Positions 1 through 9,675 of a DNA stretch of 64,000 nucleotides are shown here, piece after piece. Every line of letters starts with the position of its first letter. Position 1 is the first letter of the stretch. The DNA comes from Escherichia coli (GTDB lineage Bacteria > Pseudomonadota > Gammaproteobacteria > Enterobacterales > Enterobacteriaceae). The stretch is taken from the NCBI RefSeq assembly GCF_003334305.1, contig NZ_QOWS01000003.1; one strand, written 5' to 3'. The notes beneath the pieces were generated by a model. It searched no databases. It saw only the letters and a list, made by a program, of their open reading frames with translations, and had not been told where the DNA came from. Position numbers and translations under genes: made by a program.

Positions 1-869
1 ATAAGCCGTATCACCTGCTCAATCTTATCCAGCAGTACCTGCGGTGCATCGTTAAACAGCAGATGTGCCTCGTCGAAGAAAAACACCAGTTTTGGTTTCT
101 CCAGATCGCCCGCTTCCGGCAATTGTTCATACAACTCTGAAAGCATCCACAGCAGGCTGGCGGCGTACAGTTTCGGCATCTGATAAAGCTTCTCGGCGCT
201 GAGGATATTGATAACGCCTTTACCGTTGGTATCGGTGCGCATCCAGTCTTTGATATCCAGCATCGGCTCGCCAAAGAAGTGTGCTGCGCCTTGCTGTTCC
301 AGCGACAACAGTCCGCGCTGGATGGCACCAACCGATGCGCTACTGATATTACCGTACTGATTCTGGAAAGATTTGGCGTTATCGCCGATGTACTGGGTAA
401 TCGCCCGCAGATCTTTAAAGTCGAGCAGCAACAATCCCTGATCGTCAGCAATACGGAAGATGATATTCAGCACGCCAGATTGCACATCGTTGAGATTCAA
501 CAGCCGCGCCAGCAACAGCGGCCCCAGATCCGAAACCGTCGCCCGCACCGGATGGCCTTTCTCGCCAAAGATATCCCACACCACCACCGGATTAGCATGC
601 GGTTGCCAGTCATTGACGCCGATATTTTTAAGCCTTGCGAGTAGTTTTTCCGATGCCGTTCCTGCCTGCGCGATGCCGGTCAGATCGCCTTTCACATCGG
701 CCATAAACACCGGAACACCGATTTCCGATAGAGACTCCGCCAGTTTTTGCAGCGTGACAGTTTTACCCGTCCCCGTTGCGCCAGTAATCAGCCCGTGACG
801 GTTAGCCATTCCCGGCAGTAAAAACAGTTCTGTGTCCGGCGTGCGGGCAATTAACAGGGGTTCGCTCAT
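1..869 (-). CDS. yjgR: YjgR-like P-loop ATPase (DUF853 family), 5' part only; gene runs off the window start
   Basis: Minus-strand translation from the ATG (complement of 867-869) gives [49 protein letters not shown] with a Walker A GTGKT; reading frame stays open to position 1. Not in the ORF track because it is truncated. Confidence 0.85.
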   Translation of the reverse strand, partial: MSEPLLIARTPDTELFLLPGMANRHGLITGATGTGKTVTLQKLAESLSEIGVPVFMADVKGDLTGIAQAGTASEKLLARLKNIGVNDWQPHANPVVVWDIFGEKGHPVRATVSDLGPLLLARLLNLNDVQSGVLNIIFRIADDQGLLLLDFKDLRAITQYIGDNAKSFQNQYGNISSASVGAIQRGLLSLEQQGAAHFFGEPMLDIKDWMRTDTNGKGVINILSAEKLYQMPKLYAASLLWMLSELYEQLPEAGDLEKPKLVFFFDEAHLLFNDAPQVLLDKIEQVIRL

Positions 870-969
870 GAGATATCCTCCAGTTTCCTGCCTGGAGTAT
901 AGGCAACGGCTGTGCACTCTTCACCGCTAAATTCAGCAGATTGCGAGACGCCTTCCAAAGAGATTTAAG

Positions 970-992
970 TGCCGGGCGACAGGCACCCGGCA
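970..992 (-). terminator. Putative terminator hairpin downstream of ahr
   Basis: Inverted repeat tgccgggcgacaggcacccggca immediately after the ahr stop (999-1001 complement); only moderately U-rich tail on the minus transcript. Confidence 0.35.
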
Positions 993-998
993 AAGGGA

Positions 999-2018
999 TC
1001 AGAAGTCGGCTTTCAGAACCACGCGATAACGCGCCTTACCGTCGCGCACATGCTGGATGGCGTCGTTAATTTTCGACATCGGGAACAGTTCGGTGGTCGG
1101 CGCAACCTTGCTGCGGGCGGCAAAACGCATCAGCTTACGCAGCTCATAAGGTGTGCCGGTTGCTGAACCAGAGACGCTGCGGTCGCCCGCAATTAACGTA
1201 AAGGCCGGAACAGACAGCGGCGTGAGAACCGCACCGACCGTATGGAAATTACCGCCATAGGTCAGCGCCTCAAAATAAGGCTGCCAGTCGAGGCTGACGT
1301 TGACGGTGTTGATAATGAGATCAAACTGCCCCGCCAGTGCTTTCAGTGCCTGCGGATCGCGGCTATTCACCACTTTATCGGCACCCATCGCCAGCACTTC
1401 CTGCTCTTTCGCCGGATTAGAACTAAAGGCTGTCACCTCGCATCCCATTGCGTGCAGAAGTTTTATAGCGATATGCCCCAGCCCGCCAATACCAATTACC
1501 CCAACGCGGCTGGTGGCAGTGATATGGTGCATCAACAGTGGTTTAAAGACCGTGATACCGCCGCACAACAGCGGCCCGGCAGACTCGATATCAATATTTT
1601 CTGGCAGCGGAATCACCCATTGCCAGTCCGCACGCAACTTCTCGGCAAAACCGCCGCGATTCATAATTGTTGGCACCGCACCTTGCTCGCAGTTGATCTG
1701 ATTACCGCTAATACAGGCATCGCAATGCCCGCAGCTGCGTGCCGTCCAGCCAATCCCGACACGCTGACCGACCTGCAAACCTTTATCCTGTGCGGCGCTC
1801 CCGAGCGCCACCACGCGACCAATCACCTCATGCCCGGCAACCAGCGGATACTGTGAAAATCCCCATTCGTTGTCGATCATCGACAGATCGGAATGGCAGA
1901 TCCCGCAGTAATCCACCTGCACTTCAACATCTTGTGGCTTCAGTTCACCGGGATCGTACTCATAAACTTCCAGTTCGCCGCCCGCTTCTTTTGCGGCATA
2001 GCATTTTATCATCGACAT
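999..2018 (-). CDS. ahr: NADPH-dependent aldehyde reductase, Zn-dependent alcohol dehydrogenase family
   Basis: ORF 999-2060; product from MSMIK... (339 aa) carries the GHEVIG and CGICHSDL zinc-ADH motifs and a GIGGLGH Rossmann motif; matches remembered Ahr/YjgB. Confidence 0.93.
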   Translation of the reverse strand: MSMIKCYAAKEAGGELEVYEYDPGELKPQDVEVQVDYCGICHSDLSMIDNEWGFSQYPLVAGHEVIGRVVALGSAAQDKGLQVGQRVGIGWTARSCGHCDACISGNQINCEQGAVPTIMNRGGFAEKLRADWQWVIPLPENIDIESAGPLLCGGITVFKPLLMHHITATSRVGVIGIGGLGHIAIKLLHAMGCEVTAFSSNPAKEQEVLAMGADKVVNSRDPQALKALAGQFDLIINTVNVSLDWQPYFEALTYGGNFHTVGAVLTPLSVPAFTLIAGDRSVSGSATGTPYELRKLMRFAARSKVAPTTELFPMSKINDAIQHVRDGKARYRVVLKADF

Positions 2019-2156
2019 TTTTTGATCCTTCTCTGGTGTTGTCTGGGAAGTGTAGAGCATGGCAGGGCGGGGTGCCTGGAGTGTGACAAAGGTTACACAT
2101 CGCTGTATGCAATGCTGAAAATTTCAGCACTTAGCGAAGTGGGAGCAAGCTGGCGC

Positions 2157-2184
2157 TTGCATGGTGGCGTGCGCTAGGTATAAT
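2157..2184 (+). promoter_or_regulatory. leuX promoter (sigma70-like)
   Basis: -35 TTGCAT (2157-2162), 16-bp spacer, -10 TATAAT (2179-2184), about 30 nt upstream of the tRNA 5' end. Confidence 0.6.
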
Positions 2185-2213
2185 CCACAACGTTTTCCGC
2201 ATACCTCTTCAGT

Positions 2214-2298
2214 GCCGAAGTGGCGAAATCGGTAGACGCAGTTGATTCAAAATCAACCGTAGAAATACGTGCCGGTTCGAGTCCGGCCTTCGGCACCA
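2214..2298 (+). tRNA. leuX: tRNA-Leu (anticodon CAA)
   Basis: 85-nt sequence GCCGAAGTGGCGAAATCGGTAGACGCAGTTGATTCAAAATCAACCGTAGAAATACGTGCCGGTTCGAGTCCGGCCTTCGGCACCA: 7-bp acceptor stem, long variable arm, CAA in the anticodon loop, encoded CCA end. Confidence 0.95.
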
Positions 2299-2314
2299 CA
2301 TCGTATGCAAATCG

Positions 2315-2339
2315 AGTCGCTCAAGGGCGGCTTTTTTTG
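2315..2339 (+). terminator. Rho-independent terminator after leuX
   Basis: Stem agtcgc / gcggct with a 6-nt loop followed by a run of seven T (2333-2339). Confidence 0.55.
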
Positions 2340-2499
2340 TGCCTGAAATCCAGTATCCGCAAGGCTTTCCTCGCTTTTTCACTCAACCTAAGTCAACCTG
2401 ATTCAATCTACATCAACTTACTGATGCGGGTACAACTGCGGGTATTTCCCGGTTCGATTATGTTTGTACCCACACAGGGCCCTTGAAAGGATACTCATC

Positions 2500-3764
2500 A
2501 TGGCTCTGAGTGATGTGAAGGTCCGTTCGGCTAAGCCGGAAGCAAAAGCCTATAAACTTACTGACGGTGAAGGCATGGTTTTGTTGGTCACCCTAATGGC
2601 TCCAAATACTGGCGACTTCGTTATCGTTTTGGCGGTAAGGAGAAGATGCTGGCGCTGGGGAAATACCCTGAAGTCTCGCTGGTCGATGCCAGAGGTCGCC
2701 GGGATGAAGCCCGTAAGTTGTTAGCTAACGGCGTCGATCCTAGTGAGAACAAGAAAGCTGTTAAGGTAGAGCATGAGCAAGAGGTGATAACGTTTGAAGT
2801 GGTAGCCAGAGAGTGGCACGCCAGCAATCAGAAGTGGTCTGCATCGCATAGCGCTCGTGTATTGAAAAGCCTCGAAGATAATCTCTTTGCTGCTATCGGT
2901 AAGCGGAACATTGCTGATCTGAAGACTCGGGATCTGCTTGTCCCCATCAAAGCGGTGGAGTCGTCTGGGCGTCTCGAAGTCGCTGCTCGTTTGCAGCAGC
3001 ATACTACCGCGATTATACGCTTTGCTGTACACAGTGGATTAATCGACTACAACCCCGCTCAAGAGATTGCTGGTGCGGTTGCTACGGCGAAAAGACAGCA
3101 TCGTGCTGCTCTGGAACTTAACCGCATTCCTGAATTGCTTCAACGCATCTATCACTATTCTGGCAGGCCGTTAACCCGACTGGCGGTTGAACTCACATTG
3201 TTAGTTTTCATCCGTTCAAGCGAGTTGCGTTTTGCTCGCTGGTCAGAAGTTGATTTTGATACTGCCATGTGGACGATTCCGGGAGAACGTGAGCCACTGG
3301 AGGGAGTTAAGCATTCTCAGCGTGGTTCGAAGATGCGGACTCCACATCTTGTACCCTTATCTCGACAAGCTCTCACCATTCTGGAAAAAATCAAAAGCAT
3401 GAGTGGAAACCGTGAGCTGATCTTCGTTGGTGATCACGATCCGCGTAAGCCAATGAGTGAGAATACGCTTAACAAGGCCTTGCGAGTGATGGGCTATGAC
3501 ACGAAAACGGAAGTGTGTGGACATGGTTTCAGGACGATGGCGTGTAGTTCTTTGATTGAATCGGGATTGTGGTCGAGGGATGCAGTAGAGCGGCAGATGA
3601 GTCATCAGGAACGTAGCTCAGTACGGGCGGCTTATATCCATAAGGCGGAACATCTTGGGGAGCGAATGTTGATGCTGCAGTGGTGGGCTGATTATCTGGA
3701 TGCGAATAGAATGGCGGCTATCACTCCATTTGACTATGCAAAGATTAATAGTTCTTTTCGATAA
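2500..3764 (+). pseudogene. intB: P4-family tyrosine integrase with an N-terminal frameshift; longest intact frame 2646-3764
   Basis: ATG at 2500 gives MALSDVKVRSAKPEAKAYKLTDGEGMVLLV and then leaves frame; the expected continuation HPNGSKYWRLRYRFGGKEKMLALGKYPEVSLVDARGRRDEARKLLANGVDPS is in the other frame joined at about nt 2589, consistent with a 1-bp deletion (gtcac where gtccac is expected). Position next to a tRNA 3' end is typical for P4-type integrases. Confidence 0.75.
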
Positions 3765-3820
3765 TTCTATCTAAGTATATGAATATTAACTGTTTTTTAA
3801 TTAAAGGCTTATAACTGAGA

Positions 3821-3854
3821 AGCCTCCGCCCTAATGGGGAGAGGCTTTTGTCTT
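3821..3854 (+). terminator. Possible terminator hairpin after the integrase gene
   Basis: agcctc / gaggct inverted repeat followed by tttgtctt; the loop is long (14 nt), so this is weak. Confidence 0.3.
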
Positions 3855-3965
3855 AACTCAATCAAGAAGGAAATCGTTATGTAAAACTTTATTTTTTTGT
3901 CCGGTATGTGAACGGAAGTGTTAAATATCCACTATGCCTTGTTCGCGCAATGGTCATCCTTTCAA

Positions 3966-5435
3966 TCAAATAACTCCAAGCTTTGCATACAATTCTTTTT
4001 TCTCTTTCATGCTGTTATCCAATGGTGCTACTCGCAATGCCGCTTTCAAATAAGCCGCAGCACCAGAGTAATCACGCATTTGCTCGCAAACTAAAATGAG
4101 TTGGCTTAACACATGGAACTTCATTGGAGTTGTTTGGTTTACTTTCTCCAATAGTACTCTTGCTTCAGAATATTTCGCTTCAAGGCCAAGGATAGATGAT
4201 TCTAAATACATGGTGGCCGCGTTTTCTGCTTCAGCTTGCTTTCGTTGCAACAGCCAGAAATTTGCTTGACTGATATTGCGTAACTGTAGGTTTGCCTTAA
4301 CTATCAACTCGAACAAAGCTGCTGGTTGAGTCAATTTACCCTCAAGTAAGATCGCTTTATTATCTTCTACAACTTTTTCAAAGTCGAATAAGCGATTGGC
4401 GCGATACAAGGCAATAAGTTGCTGATGTAAAGCTTGTAGATCTTTACTGCGGCTATACTCCTGCGACGCTAATTGAGCAGCTTTTTGGTAAGATTGATCG
4501 GACATTGCTTCAAGTACCGCACTTGACCAGTCCTGAGCAGGTTTAGTTTGAAAAACGGGAGCAATAGCACCAACTTTTAATTGCTTAGTGGCAGCAGAAT
4601 CAAATGCATGAATTAAGTCGGAAATAGTGGAAAAGCGATCCTCCGCTCGTTTTTGTAAACAAGTAAGAACCACTTGTTCCAGGTCCGTATGAATAGAGCT
4701 ATTAATCTCTGTCGGAAGCTTGAAAGGTGCGTGGCGCTGAACTTGTGCTGGCGTATCATGGGGCAGCTTTCCTGTCAGCAGCTGGTATAGCAAAACACCT
4801 AAGCTATAGATGTCGCCCAATAGTAGCTCTTCCAGGCTGCCTCTACGGCTATCGACGTTGGAGAACTCTGGGGCCGAATACAGCACAGTCCCGCCATTTT
4901 CACGGGTACGAACGTAAATTTCTTCTGGTAAAGCTGAGCTGCCAAAGTCCGTCAACTTCACCAGGTCCCGCTCTCCAACCAAAATGTTATGTGGCTTAAT
5001 ATCTCCATGAGATATTGGTACTGGTAATTCGGCCAAATAATGCACAGCACAGAGCACTTGACGATATATTCTGAACAACCGTTCATAGGTCTGGCCAAAA
5101 TTACGCTGCCTGTCATCGAGCTTTTGCGCCAGGGTTTGGCTGGGAAAATACTCCATTTCAATATAGAACCATTCATTATCTATACGGCCCATATCAAAAA
5201 TTTGCACAATATTTTCGTGCGGCTCGACGTTTAAAAGCTCTTTACCTTCGGCAAGCTGACGGTCTTCCCGAGTAATATCCTTAGGGATTTTTACTGCGAC
5301 AATTTTTCCATCTTTCAGGCGTTCCGCCCGCCATACCCAGCCATGGCTGCCATCACCAAGGCATTCAAGTAACAGGTATTTGTCACCAAGGCGTTTATTC
5401 GTCCCTGGCAAAAAATGTGCTGATTTTATATTCAC
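3966..5435 (-). CDS. Hanks-type Ser/Thr protein kinase with a C-terminal helical (TPR-like) domain
   Basis: 489-aa ORF with Gly-rich loop LGDGSHGW, catalytic lysine in VAVKIP, catalytic loop HGDIKPHN, DFG, SAPE and DIYSLGVLLYQLLTG; C-terminal half is helical and repeat-like. Last gene of the operon; its start overlaps the upstream gene stop by 4 nt. Confidence 0.88.
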   Translation of the reverse strand: MNIKSAHFLPGTNKRLGDKYLLLECLGDGSHGWVWRAERLKDGKIVAVKIPKDITREDRQLAEGKELLNVEPHENIVQIFDMGRIDNEWFYIEMEYFPSQTLAQKLDDRQRNFGQTYERLFRIYRQVLCAVHYLAELPVPISHGDIKPHNILVGERDLVKLTDFGSSALPEEIYVRTRENGGTVLYSAPEFSNVDSRRGSLEELLLGDIYSLGVLLYQLLTGKLPHDTPAQVQRHAPFKLPTEINSSIHTDLEQVVLTCLQKRAEDRFSTISDLIHAFDSAATKQLKVGAIAPVFQTKPAQDWSSAVLEAMSDQSYQKAAQLASQEYSRSKDLQALHQQLIALYRANRLFDFEKVVEDNKAILLEGKLTQPAALFELIVKANLQLRNISQANFWLLQRKQAEAENAATMYLESSILGLEAKYSEARVLLEKVNQTTPMKFHVLSQLILVCEQMRDYSGAAAYLKAALRVAPLDNSMKEKKELYAKLGVI

Positions 5436-5974
5436 ATCAACACCTCATAGTGAATTCTGTCCAAAACAATCATGTTCAGGTTTTTGATAAATAAAAAGCG
5501 ACTAAATACCACCTCAACATCAGGAGCGGCGATTACTTGGGTACCCGTGGACGAAGTAAAACCCATACGGCATATGTCTTTCAGTTTTTGAGTATCAGGT
5601 ACACCTACTAAGCCTTGGCTCCAGGCACTGAGGACCAGGGTTTTGGGGCAATGATTCCAGCGCTGTGCTGCTTCCAGTAAGTTTTTTAATTTTTCTTCCA
5701 GCTTTTGCTGCCCCTTCGCTGAACCATCAAAGCGTTCAAATTCGATTAAACACACAGGCGATGCAGAAGATTTATGAAACCAGCCCGAGTCAGAGCGAAT
5801 ATCAGCACCAAATGTCCCTGGAGCCGGGCATTCCACTACCGCCATAAATGACTGTTCATGCCCGAATGTATTCCAAACGCTACAGCCCAGGCTGTGGACC
5901 AATACATCCTGGTCCAATAGCTTACCGCTTGCTAAAAGTGGAAATGTCTCATTTACCCAGGCAACTTCAGGCAT
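5432..5974 (-). CDS. Hypothetical protein (about 180 aa), operon partner of the kinase
   Basis: ORF track 5432-6031; the first ATG is at 5974 (complement of 5972-5974), 7 nt after the HerA-like stop and preceded by AAGGTG. No recognisable motif. Confidence 0.7.
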   Translation of the reverse strand: MPEVAWVNETFPLLASGKLLDQDVLVHSLGCSVWNTFGHEQSFMAVVECPAPGTFGADIRSDSGWFHKSSASPVCLIEFERFDGSAKGQQKLEEKLKNLLEAAQRWNHCPKTLVLSAWSQGLVGVPDTQKLKDICRMGFTSSTGTQVIAAPDVEVVFSRFLFIKNLNMIVLDRIHYEVLM

Positions 5975-5981
5975 AGGCACC

Positions 5982-7667
5982 TTAGCCACTGAAAGAGCCC
6001 CAAACACGCAGTACCTCTGGTGATTCACCACCGTGAATTAATGCCTTACTACCAACTTTAACAAGCAGTGGTGCAGGGATTGAACGACCACACACCAAAG
6101 CTTCACCGGTTGATAAACTCGGGAGTTCCTCCAGATCAGCTTTGCTCACCATATCTGATGCTTTAGCTATAAATCGTTGATCGTCAGGGTTCTTTAAGCG
6201 CATCGTAATTAGCGTATTGCACTGAGAGGTCACATCTGAATCTAATTTCGATGGACGCTGGCTCACAATGCCAAATCCAACGCCAAATTTACGACCTTCA
6301 CCAGCGATCTTTTTAATAATGCGGTGACTGACTGCGTTGCCGCCGGCCGGGGCAAAATTATGACCCTCTTCGTAAATGATAAAGCATGGGCGCAGCGGGT
6401 CCGTTTTGCTCGAGGCTGCTTTTAATATTTCACTAGATAACAGTGCACAAATGACTTGCTTAGCGGTATCACTCAAACCTTGTAAGTCAACAACGACTAA
6501 ACGCCCCTGTTGATTGCTCGGGCGACCCACCATTTTGTAAATATCAGTTGGCTCAGCCATTGTTGCGCTGTAAAAACTTTTAGCTTCATTAAGCACACGT
6601 GAAAGCTTCATCGAGGCGACGGCGGCACTACGGCCTGATAACGCCTTCGCCTCAGCTTCAGAAAGGTCGTCCCACTCTTTTAACTCTTCAATACCATCAC
6701 CTAATAAGAAGCGTAGGCGGTTAATATCTCGTGGCTCAGTCTTATCTGCAGAGCGCCAATAACGAATTGCAACATCGAGTACTCGTTGCTGCGGTTCCGT
6801 TAAGCCAGGTAATATTTCAGCAATATCGTCCATTTCAAAATGGTCAAACTGAAGCGCTAATGGCGTATTCTTACTGGCGTATTTATGTTTAAAAGATTCA
6901 TGCTGCGGCGAGTAAACCTGAATACCTGCACCGGCGGCTTGCAGCTTTTCAAAGGTCTGTTTTATCAGTGGCAGTGCTTCTTGATCACGCTTATCGTCAG
7001 TGGCTTCTAAGAAGCTTGAGAATTGCAGATTACCGCCAGCGAGGGCTTTACCGTATTCACCATGTGGGTCAAATACTACTACCGTACCGTTATTAACCGC
7101 AACTAAACGCTCAATAATGCGGCCAACTGTATAAGACTTACCTGAACCCGTCATTGCCAGAACAGCCAAATGCTCAGTGACCAACTTGTTCACGTCAATA
7201 AAAACAGGAACTGTATTCTCACCTTTGTCGTAGCCTACTAAGTTACCTAAGTGCAAACTGGAGTGTTCATTAAATTCGTAAAAATCACTCAAAAACTGAA
7301 AATCGACGGTTTCAACAGCGGTACCCGGGTTAAGCGGGCGACGTGGAATTTTGATTTGACGAGTAACAGGATCGCGGTAACCAACCAGCTCGACCTGAGC
7401 AAACATATTCTCACCAGTTACATTCGCACCGGGCAAAAGCTCAAGCTCGGTTACACCATCGCCAAAGCCGGCGTTATAGAGCATATTAGTACGGCTTATC
7501 TTGGTCACTCGCCCCAGTACGGCGACTTGCCCCTCATCTTTGCGTTCCTGGTGCATAATGCGTACAAACTCACCACGGCGTACTGAAAACGAGTCTTGTA
7601 CAACCATAGTTAACTGACTGGCATCACCAGTGTTACCGACTAATTTACCTAAAACTTTATAAGCCAT
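5982..7667 (-). CDS. HerA/FtsK-superfamily P-loop ATPase (DUF87-like)
   Basis: 561 aa; Walker A LAMTGSGKSYT, then VVVFDPHGEY, Walker B-like FIIYEEGHNF and a C-terminal GVGFGIVSQRPSKLD segment typical of HerA-type ATPases. Confidence 0.82.
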   Translation of the reverse strand: MAYKVLGKLVGNTGDASQLTMVVQDSFSVRRGEFVRIMHQERKDEGQVAVLGRVTKISRTNMLYNAGFGDGVTELELLPGANVTGENMFAQVELVGYRDPVTRQIKIPRRPLNPGTAVETVDFQFLSDFYEFNEHSSLHLGNLVGYDKGENTVPVFIDVNKLVTEHLAVLAMTGSGKSYTVGRIIERLVAVNNGTVVVFDPHGEYGKALAGGNLQFSSFLEATDDKRDQEALPLIKQTFEKLQAAGAGIQVYSPQHESFKHKYASKNTPLALQFDHFEMDDIAEILPGLTEPQQRVLDVAIRYWRSADKTEPRDINRLRFLLGDGIEELKEWDDLSEAEAKALSGRSAAVASMKLSRVLNEAKSFYSATMAEPTDIYKMVGRPSNQQGRLVVVDLQGLSDTAKQVICALLSSEILKAASSKTDPLRPCFIIYEEGHNFAPAGGNAVSHRIIKKIAGEGRKFGVGFGIVSQRPSKLDSDVTSQCNTLITMRLKNPDDQRFIAKASDMVSKADLEELPSLSTGEALVCGRSIPAPLLVKVGSKALIHGGESPEVLRVWGSFSG

Positions 7668-8814
7668 TATTCAATCCCTCATCGAGGCCTGCCAACCACC
7701 CTGCCTCAATATCATTATTCTTTAGTGCCTGGTGTAAACCCTGGCGATAAAACGTAGCAAATTTAGGTAAAATACCAAGCTGTTGATAACCAAGTAATTG
7801 TGGCAACGGCATTGCATTACCTTTGTTTTGCATATCCAGCACCATCAGGCGAGAGGCAACTAAATCGAGATCAGCACTTTTCCATTCTGGTTCGTCACCC
7901 GCTAATTGCACCATTTTTATCTGTCCACCTCGGGCACTACGGAAGTGAAAACCAATTAGACCTTGCTTAGCTTCAATATTGGGTTCAATGCGCTTTTCTT
8001 GTTCAGACAAACGAAATGCGATGGTGCGCGAATAGTTGCCTAAAATGCCATTGATAAATCGCAAATCTCCCACGCCAACCAAACTTTCATCCAGTCCTTC
8101 CAGATTTTGCATCAACTCTTTAGAAAACCCATCAGATGCTAAAATTTGTTTGCGTCCTTGTTCGGTACGTAAATCTTGTTTGGCGATACTTACAATGGCA
8201 CTAAAGCGCTCAGCCAAAATGCTCGCAAGTACTACACCATTTTGATTCCAGGGAAAAATTCTGGAGCGATGGTTTTGCCAAAAAGTTTCTATCACTTGTC
8301 TGGTTTTTTCGTACTCTTGTTTATGACGGACATTTCTCTCCAGCGGAGCCATATCCCGTGCTAAAAACAACGGCGTATCCAGCAAAATTAAATCGCCAGG
8401 CTCATAACCTAAAAGTTTTTTCTCAACTAACTGATAAGCCTGACGAATTTCAATTAAATCAAGCCGTTTACGCTGAGCTTCAAAATCAATATCATCCAGT
8501 TCTGATACCGAGTCGCTACCCACCGTGCTGACTTTATTGTCATCTATTAACAAATCTGTGCGCACTGCTGCACTGGCATAAATAAAACCACCCAATACCT
8601 TGTCTAAGCACGATTTAGTCGCAATACCGGCTACGCGTAAATTAACAATTGTGGGCTTGGGGACCGCTTTCACTAAGCCAGCATCACGGAATAGCGGCGC
8701 CACTTGCTCAATATCACGGACCTGTTTAAGCAAGCGTCCTGCACTTCCCGGTAAGCGAAGCTGGCTATCGATGGCGAGCGATTGCGCTAAATTCATCGTT
8801 TTGTTCTCATTCAT
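7657..8814 (-). CDS. Hypothetical protein (about 386 aa)
   Basis: ATG at 8814 (MNENKTMNLAQ...) lies 2 nt after the stop of the upstream gene; its 3' end overlaps the HerA-like start by 11 nt. No confident motif. Confidence 0.75.
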   Translation of the reverse strand: MNENKTMNLAQSLAIDSQLRLPGSAGRLLKQVRDIEQVAPLFRDAGLVKAVPKPTIVNLRVAGIATKSCLDKVLGGFIYASAAVRTDLLIDDNKVSTVGSDSVSELDDIDFEAQRKRLDLIEIRQAYQLVEKKLLGYEPGDLILLDTPLFLARDMAPLERNVRHKQEYEKTRQVIETFWQNHRSRIFPWNQNGVVLASILAERFSAIVSIAKQDLRTEQGRKQILASDGFSKELMQNLEGLDESLVGVGDLRFINGILGNYSRTIAFRLSEQEKRIEPNIEAKQGLIGFHFRSARGGQIKMVQLAGDEPEWKSADLDLVASRLMVLDMQNKGNAMPLPQLLGYQQLGILPKFATFYRQGLHQALKNNDIEAGWLAGLDEGLNNGL

Positions 8815-8816
8815 GC

Positions 8817-9665
8817 TTATAGCGTTCCTGTGTGTAGCTGCTCGCCAAGTAATGGGGCATAAGCCCAATATTGCGAGGCTTGTAGGCATGTTTTACCGGT
8901 AGCTGTTATGCCCGCGTCGTCGATAAAATCGTGCTGCCGCAACATCTCACCCCGCTTGACAATATCAAGGCTATTAACATCAAACATCAGCTTAACCGCA
9001 TTATGCTCAGACAACGCTTGTAAGTTCATGCCACCGCCAGCGTAGAGTAATAGCAATACAACTAGATCGTGCTTATCTGGCGTGTAGTCAGTTGATGGCG
9101 CTTTAGGTTCGATTATTCGTTCAGCAATGCCTGCATGGTCCACAAACCAATTCAACCAGCTCACCAGGAGCTCACTATGATCGAGTAAAGTCAGCGACCA
9201 CAAAGGTAACGTGGTAAAGGCTAATAGCCCACTGTTGCTGTGTTTTCGTATGTAGCGGGTATGCACTACATCACCGGCCTGGTGCTGGTAGCGATCTGCG
9301 CTGCCAGTAAAGCCAGCAATAGCCTGGTCTGTTTCACTGGCTAGCAAAGCGGTTAGCCCCGGTTCCTGCCCCCTCAAGCTCGCTGGTACTAACTGCCAAT
9401 CCAGTGGATAGGGCAATTGCGCTAATAAGGTAAATTGTTCTGCTTTCAGGTTTATTACCAAAGCGGCACAACCTGCCTGCATAGCCCAGTGATACAGGTG
9501 CTGCATAGTATTAGCGTCAGTCAACTCTTCTGCTTGCACTATTAACAAACCGCTGGCTGGCGGCGAGCTAATCCAATCCTTCATTAAGGGGGTAGCCCCC
9601 GCAACAGTTTGCAAAAAACGGCCTTTACGATTACTGGCCAGTGCCGCAGATAAATAACGACTCAT
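8817..9665 (-). CDS. Hypothetical protein (about 282 aa)
   Basis: ATG at 9665 (MSRYLSAAL...), 10 nt after the stop of the 1428-aa gene; the longer frame to 9692 needs a non-ATG start. No recognisable motif. Confidence 0.72.
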   Translation of the reverse strand: MSRYLSAALASNRKGRFLQTVAGATPLMKDWISSPPASGLLIVQAEELTDANTMQHLYHWAMQAGCAALVINLKAEQFTLLAQLPYPLDWQLVPASLRGQEPGLTALLASETDQAIAGFTGSADRYQHQAGDVVHTRYIRKHSNSGLLAFTTLPLWSLTLLDHSELLVSWLNWFVDHAGIAERIIEPKAPSTDYTPDKHDLVVLLLLYAGGGMNLQALSEHNAVKLMFDVNSLDIVKRGEMLRQHDFIDDAGITATGKTCLQASQYWAYAPLLGEQLHTGTL

Positions 9666-9675
9666 CGCGTCACCT

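Noticed and set aside
2464-2499. TTG-initiated N-terminal extension of the integrase ORF
   Set aside because: The conserved P4-integrase N-terminus MALSD begins at the ATG at 2500; the extension is unsupported.
5432-5974. PP2C phosphatase or FHA-domain partner for the Ser/Thr kinase
   Set aside because: No PP2C metal-binding motifs (DGHGG type) and no FHA signature are visible in this or neighbouring small ORFs.
7657-8814. NurA-like nuclease as the HerA partner
   Set aside because: Synteny with a HerA-like ATPase suggested it, but I could not find NurA-type catalytic motifs by eye; left as unknown.
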